The position numbers were made by a program, and so were the translations under genes. From NCBI GenBank assembly GCA_963422645.2, contig CAXXVO010000004.1, positions 192,001 through 256,000 of the forward strand: DNA of 64,000 bases, given 5' to 3'. Shown here in pieces: positions 59,431 through 64,000 of this stretch. Positions within the stretch are counted from its first letter, which is position 1, and each line of letters opens with the position of its first letter. A model generated the notes under the pieces. The model worked only from the letters and a program-made list of their open reading frames with translations. It made no database searches and was not told where the DNA came from. The DNA comes from Alphaproteobacteria bacterium (GTDB taxonomy: Bacteria > Pseudomonadota > Alphaproteobacteria > UBA828).

Positions 59431-59997
59431 GACCGGTACGCAACCCACGCCGACGAGGCCGAGCGCCACCGCGCCGACCGGGTGATGCTCGGCATCACCT
59501 CGTGGGGCACCGCCGACGACATGCACCGCATGTACTGGTATCCCGTCTACCGCGCGCGCACCGCCGTCCCCATGGAACTCCCCTTCTTCCCCGGCTGGGA
59601 GGACGGCGCGCAGTGGCCGCCGTCGCGGGACGACCCCTTCGGACCCGTCGCCGGGCGCTTCATGCTCCAGGCCCTGCTCCCGCCCGGGCTGGAGGCGCTC
59701 ACCTGGCGATGCACCGTCGCGGCAGAGCCCTGCGGACGCTGCCCCCGATGCCGCCTCAACGCCTTCTTCGAGCGCTTCTGCCGGGGACGCCCGGCGGACC
59801 AGGTCGCCCGCATCGACGACGCCCTCGAACGACACCGCGGCGCAGGCCGATGGTACGCCGACGCCGACCCCGGAAGATGGACCGATCACGACGGATACGA
59901 CGCCGCAGAACGCGCCGTCGAAGACCCCGAATGGTGGAAGGCCGAACTCGAACGCCCGTGCCGCCCCGGCGCCCGCCCCGGTCCCGACCGCGCCTGA
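59428..59997 (+). pseudogene. Second, 5'-truncated allele of the QueC-like gene
   Basis: LDRYATHADE...TWRC...CGRCPRC...GPDRA*; lacks the PP-loop; differs from copy 1 (WGT/WDT, YPVY/HPAY, DQVA/DGIA, TDH/TGH). Confidence 0.88.
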
Positions 59998-60171
59998 AAC
60001 CCCCACGCACCGCCCGTGCGCGCGCTCACCGAAACCCCCGCGCAGCGCTCCTTCATGGCCCATGCACAGGCCGGTTTTTCCAGCCCGGTTCAGCCCCGAA
60101 AACCAGCCGATTTTCCAGGCCATTCGCAAAGACTTCCGGCCGCGATTCGCAAAGACTTTCGTCCGGCTACA
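59428..60171 (-). repeat. Right arm of ~740-bp inverted repeat
   Basis: Matches 52783-53524 in reverse complement; ends CCGGCTACA. Confidence 0.95.
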
Positions 60172-60665
60172 CCCTGGATCGGTCGCTCCAGCGCCTCCAG
60201 CATCGCCACGGTCGGCTGCAAACGGGTCTCCGCCGTGGTCGGCAGCAGCACGGGCTCAAGCCCGAGTGCCTGCAGCGTGTTGCGGTAGGCCGGGTAGCCG
60301 GGATTGGCCAGCGCCACCCGGTCGCCCACGTCGAAGGCGGCGAGGAAGGCAAGAATTATTCCGGCCGAGCCCCCGGTCGTGACCACGATGCGTTCGACCG
60401 GTGGAGCGAAGCCGTAGCGCTCGCCGTAGAACGCAGCGGCGATGCGTTCGAGCAGGGGCAGCACGCCGTCGGCCTCGGTGTAGCCAATTTTGTCGCCGGC
60501 CAGGGCCGCCTGCGCGGCATCGAGCACCCGTTGCGGCGCACCTGAGCCGGGCTCTCCGGTCTCCATGTGGAAGACCGGGGCTCCCGTCGCCGCACGCTCG
60601 GTCGCGGCCTTGAGGATTTCCATCGCGAAGAAGGGCGCGACCGCCGCGCGCCGGGATGCCGCCAT
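60172..60665 (-). pseudogene. Class I/II PLP aminotransferase, 3'-truncated by the element end
   Basis: PFFAME, HMETGEP, GYT...G, VTTGGSAG, NPGYPAYRN, QP; homology stops at ...RPIQG where the end begins, before the expected SPxNPTG and PLP lysine. Confidence 0.88.
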
Positions 60666-60674
60666 CGCCGTGCC

Positions 60675-62153
60675 TTAGGGGTTGCCGTCCGCAGCAACAC
60701 CCAATTTGCGGCTGTCGCTTGTGTGGTTGCAGCTCTCCGAATTTGGCGGCAACCCACCCGGGCAGTGGATCGCATTGACCCTTCCGACCGCTGGCAACTG
60801 GACAATCCGATAGCCAAGCTCAGTGAGCGCCGACCGAGCTTCGGCGCCAATTGCTGGCTCGACGTCCAGCTGATCGGACGCGCCGCCCGCATGCACCCTA
60901 GGCACAGCCGACGCTGCGGCGAGCGGCTGATCGCGGTCGAGCAGTTCCAGCAGTACTGTTGCCAGTGCGCTCGGCGCCGCCCTGCCCCCGCTGGCAGCCG
61001 CCGTCAGAAAGACTTGCTGGCTGTTCCGGTCGACCAGCATTGCCGACGCGAGCGGTAGAGCAAGATCAGGCTCCGGCGCAGCCGCGAGAACTATCCCCGT
61101 TTCCGGCGCGACCCGACCCGCGCCGAATGGGCCGTTCATCGTGAGGCCACACGCGACCGCCATGCCCCGCCGGTCGACAACCACGAAACTCGTGGTGGGC
61201 GCGTCGCCGACTGGGGTGGCGAATCCCTCCTTCTCAGCATCAACCAGCAGTTGCAGACGCTTTGCTCCATCGGCCTCGCTGTAGCGGTATTCGGCGTTGG
61301 CCGTGTTCCAGATCGTGGCGGCAACTTCCCCGCCGCTACCCGGTATCATGTGCAGTTCTTTACCGTCGATGGGCAAGAACGCGGTGCCGCGCCAGCGCGC
61401 CTGATAGCCCGCCAAATTCTCTGCCCCGAGCGCCTCGCCTGCTGGGGCGATTGAGTCTTCCAGCAGGCGTGCCGTGCGCCCGGTATAGAAGTCAGTGGCA
61501 CCACTGCGCCGCAGCCGCGAGATCAGCGCGGCGAGATCGCGTTGAACAAAGGTCTCGCCCCGGCCGATCGGCTGGCCATCGCTTCCACCGAAGAGGGCGC
61601 GTGCGGCGGGATCTCGAAATAAGGCTTCGGTCCCGGCCGCGAGATCCTGCGCCAACACTCGCGACGTTGGATGACCATGCCGCGCCAACTGCTCCGCCGC
61701 ACCAAGCGTACGGGACCAGAACAGTCTTCCGAAGCGGGTCTGCAGGGCATCCATGCCGCGCACCGTCCCCGGCACGGCAATCGCTGACCCACCGCCGGCT
61801 GACGCAGTCGCTTGCGCCGGTAGGAAATCGAGGGCCTCGATGGTGTCACCCGACTGATGCGGTCTGTAGACGAGGCATTGGCCGCCACCGCCGAGGCTGG
61901 CTACGGATGGATAGGTCACCGCCAGCACGAAGGTCAGAGCCACCGCGGCGTCGGCCGCTGAGCCCCCTGTCGCCAGCATCTCGCGAGCCGCGATCACGGC
62001 GAGCGCTTCGTCCGCGACGATCGCGCTTGAAAACTTCGCGTCTTCACTGAGCTTGCTGGGAATTGGGGGTCCCCCCGCCTGGCATCCCGCGAGCGCCACA
62101 AGTGTCGCGAACGCGAGGAGGGCTGGCCATTGACGGAGGCGTGCAAGCGGCAT
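60675..62153 (-). CDS. ggt: Gamma-glutamyltransferase-family lipoprotein
   Basis: Lipobox LAGC; GGSAADAAVA, SLGGGG, AVPGTVRG, TTSFVVVD..GMAV, FGAG...TG. Confidence 0.85.
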   Translation of the reverse strand: MPLARLRQWPALLAFATLVALAGCQAGGPPIPSKLSEDAKFSSAIVADEALAVIAAREMLATGGSAADAAVALTFVLAVTYPSVASLGGGGQCLVYRPHQSGDTIEALDFLPAQATASAGGGSAIAVPGTVRGMDALQTRFGRLFWSRTLGAAEQLARHGHPTSRVLAQDLAAGTEALFRDPAARALFGGSDGQPIGRGETFVQRDLAALISRLRRSGATDFYTGRTARLLEDSIAPAGEALGAENLAGYQARWRGTAFLPIDGKELHMIPGSGGEVAATIWNTANAEYRYSEADGAKRLQLLVDAEKEGFATPVGDAPTTSFVVVDRRGMAVACGLTMNGPFGAGRVAPETGIVLAAAPEPDLALPLASAMLVDRNSQQVFLTAAASGGRAAPSALATVLLELLDRDQPLAAASAVPRVHAGGASDQLDVEPAIGAEARSALTELGYRIVQLPAVGRVNAIHCPGGLPPNSESCNHTSDSRKLGVAADGNP

Positions 62154-62184
62154 ATCCAGACGTGAACCTCTTGGACTGTGAGCG

Positions 62185-63543
62185 TTGGTCATCCGTCTCG
62201 CACGCGCAGCGGCAGTTGCCAGCTTAGCATTCTCATTGATCCTGGCAGCAGCGACGCCAGCGAAGCCGCAGGGCGTTTCGCTGATCCGCGACGCGGAGAT
62301 CGAAGATACCATCCGGGCCTATGCCGCACCATTGCTGGAGGCTGCGGGCCTAGGCAAGGACGCGGTCCGGCTGCACATGGTCAACGACCCCAGCATCAAC
62401 GCCTTCGTCGCCGGCGGCCCCAATCTCTTCCTGAGCAGCGGCATGCTGACCGCCGCCGAGGAGCCCGGCGAGATCATCGGCGTGCTCGCACACGAGATCG
62501 GCCATATCGCCGGCGGCCACTTAGTCCGCACGCGGGACGCGATGGAGGATGCCTCCGCCGAGATGATCCTGGCGACGGTGCTGGCGGCCGGCGCTATCAT
62601 CGCGGGCGAAGGCGAGGTCGGAAGCGCCATCTTGAGCGGCGGCCAGGCGATCGCGCAGCAATCGTTCCTGCGCTACAGCCGTACGCAGGAGCAGAGCGCT
62701 GACCAGGCAGCCGTGCGCCTCCTTGAGCGCACCGGACAGTCGGCTGCGGGCCTGCTCCGCATGTTCCAACGGCTCGAGGAGCGCGAGCGGCTCGCTATCA
62801 GCGAGGCGAACAGCTACGCAAGCACTCATCCGCTCACGCGCGAGCGCATTCGCTTCATCCGCGACCATGTGGAGGGGGAAGACCGCACTTCAGGTGGTGC
62901 CCCGGACGCGCACATCACCGCCCACCGCCGCATGGTGGCGAAGCTCAAGGGGTTCCTCGACCCGCCGGAGGAAACCTTCCGCGCCTACCCGGACGAGGAC
63001 CGGTCGACCGAAGCACGTTACGCCCGCGCCATTGCCTACTACCAAATCCCCGACCTGGAGCGCGCGCTTGCGGTGCTCGATGCCCTGCTGGCAGACCACC
63101 CGGACGACCCCTGGTTCCACGAGCTAAGAGGGCAGGTTCTCTTTGAGAACGGCCGTGTCAGAGAGGCGATCGCGCCCTACGAACGGGCGGTCGCGCTAAA
63201 GGACGACGCCGGGCTGCTGCGCCTCGGCCTCGCCCGCGCACAAATCGAGACCGGCGATGCCGCGTTGCTCGCGAGCGCCATCGAGAACCTGGAAGCGGCG
63301 ACCCGGCTGGAGCCGAAGGTGCCCCGGCACTGGTATCAACTGGGCATCGCACGGGGCCGCGCCGGCGAGCGCCCGGGCTCTTCCCTCGCGTTCGCCGAGG
63401 CGGCCTATCTAGGGGGTGACGCGGAGCGGGCGCACTACCACGCGACCTTGGCGGCAGACAACCTGCCTCACGGCAGCGCGGGGTGGCTCAGGGCCGAAGA
63501 CATCCTCAATGCCGCCAAGCTAGCCGCGCGAAAGAGACAATGA
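62185..63543 (+). CDS. bepA: M48 metalloprotease with TPR repeats (BepA/YfgC-like)
   Basis: LIRDAEIE, INAFVAGG, VLAHEIGH, YSR.QEQSAD, STHP...ERI, TPR-like C-terminus. Confidence 0.9.
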   Translation: MVIRLARAAAVASLAFSLILAAATPAKPQGVSLIRDAEIEDTIRAYAAPLLEAAGLGKDAVRLHMVNDPSINAFVAGGPNLFLSSGMLTAAEEPGEIIGVLAHEIGHIAGGHLVRTRDAMEDASAEMILATVLAAGAIIAGEGEVGSAILSGGQAIAQQSFLRYSRTQEQSADQAAVRLLERTGQSAAGLLRMFQRLEERERLAISEANSYASTHPLTRERIRFIRDHVEGEDRTSGGAPDAHITAHRRMVAKLKGFLDPPEETFRAYPDEDRSTEARYARAIAYYQIPDLERALAVLDALLADHPDDPWFHELRGQVLFENGRVREAIAPYERAVALKDDAGLLRLGLARAQIETGDAALLASAIENLEAATRLEPKVPRHWYQLGIARGRAGERPGSSLAFAEAAYLGGDAERAHYHATLAADNLPHGSAGWLRAEDILNAAKLAARKRQ

Positions 63544-63555
63544 GCGCGGCTCTCC

Positions 63556-64000
63556 TTAGATGAGGCCGCCGAGCGGGGACGACGGGTCGGCGTAGCGTTT
63601 CTTTGCCATGCGGCCGGCAAGATAGGCGAGCCGGCCGGCCTCCACCGCGTGGCGCATGGCGTGCGCCATCAGCACCGGGTCCCTGGCGGCGGCGATGGCG
63701 GTGTTCATCAGCACCCCGTCGCAGCCGAGTTCCATCGCCACGGCGGCGTCGGAGGCCGTGCCCACGCCGGCATCGACCAGAACAGGCACGCCGATGCGCT
63801 CGATGATGATGCGGATGCCGACCGGATTCTGCACGCCGAGCCCGGAGCCGATCGGCGCCGCTAGCGGCATGATCGCGGCGCAGCCCATGTCCTCAAGCCG
63901 CTTGGCCATGATCGGGTCGTCGCTGCAGTAGACCATGACCTCGAAGCCGTCCTTGATCAGGATCTCGGCGGCGCGGAGGGTTTCCGGCATGTTGGGGTAG
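63556..64000 (-). CDS. thiG: Thiazole synthase (5' part outside window)
   Basis: [41 protein letters not shown]. Confidence 0.96.
   Translation of the reverse strand, partial: YPNMPETLRAAEILIKDGFEVMVYCSDDPIMAKRLEDMGCAAIMPLAAPIGSGLGVQNPVGIRIIIERIGVPVLVDAGVGTASDAAVAMELGCDGVLMNTAIAAARDPVLMAHAMRHAVEAGRLAYLAGRMAKKRYADPSSPLGGLI

Larger units (their letters stand above)
52783..60171. mobile_element. Defective transposable-phage-like segment bounded by two inverted copies of the same TG...CA end
   Basis: TGTAGCCGG at 52783 and CCGGCTACA ending at 60171; tandem 21-bp sites at each end; tail-tip genes inside; both flanking host genes truncated; no target duplication (CACAT vs CCCTG). Confidence 0.8.

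Noticed and set aside
58975-59997. 340-aa plus-strand ORF as a novel gene
   Set aside because: Chimera of antisense FN3 sequence and the truncated QueC-like allele across the 59428 junction
52783-60171. Diversity-generating retroelement (template/variable repeat pair)
   Set aside because: The copies are inverted, differences occur at non-adenine and synonymous positions (CGG/CGC, CCG/CCC, CAT/TAT), and no reverse transcriptase is present
52783-60171. Simple fold-back artefact of one locus
   Set aside because: The arms differ at multiple positions and have different host flanks, so they derive from two distinct copies; a misjoin between two copies still cannot be excluded without reads
52783-60171. 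Gin/shufflon-type invertible tail-fibre cassette
   Set aside because: No invertase gene or short crossover sites, and no alternative fibre C-termini
1-64000. tRNA or rRNA genes
   Set aside because: None recognised in the intergenic regions by eye; tRNAscan-SE and Infernal were not run

Overview
High-GC bacterial chromosomal window, probably alphaproteobacterial (inferred from split pntAa/pntAb/pntB, rpsU, the ggt/bepA/aminotransferase context and an ABC1 kinase). Housekeeping and metabolic genes include purE, rpsU, iorAB-type, pntAB, acdS, hydantoinase A/B, PEP mutase fused to a nucleotidyltransferase, uvrB, a peptide-type ABC transporter, a PAS kinase with receivers, ggt, bepA and thiG. Three accessory regions interrupt them. 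(1) A complete single-ORF IS66-family element at 684-2571 has 14-bp terminal inverted repeats and an 8-bp target duplication at the rpsU stop codon. (2) An IS21 element abuts a truncated IS66 whose 90-bp end is duplicated; it is followed by a lower-GC sugar-catabolism cluster and a group II intron 3'-end remnant. (3) A 7.4-kb phage tail-tip segment at 52783-60171 is bounded by two diverged ~740-bp inverted copies of a TG...CA Mu-like end; it carries an FN3-DUF1833 fusion, NlpC/P60, a frameshifted tail-tip gene, a small fibre-like gene and a stand-alone QueC-like PP-loop enzyme as the terminal gene. Also notable are a fungal ERG4-like sterol reductase and an orphan phosphonate PEP mutase. All product calls come from motif recognition by eye; no database searches were run.
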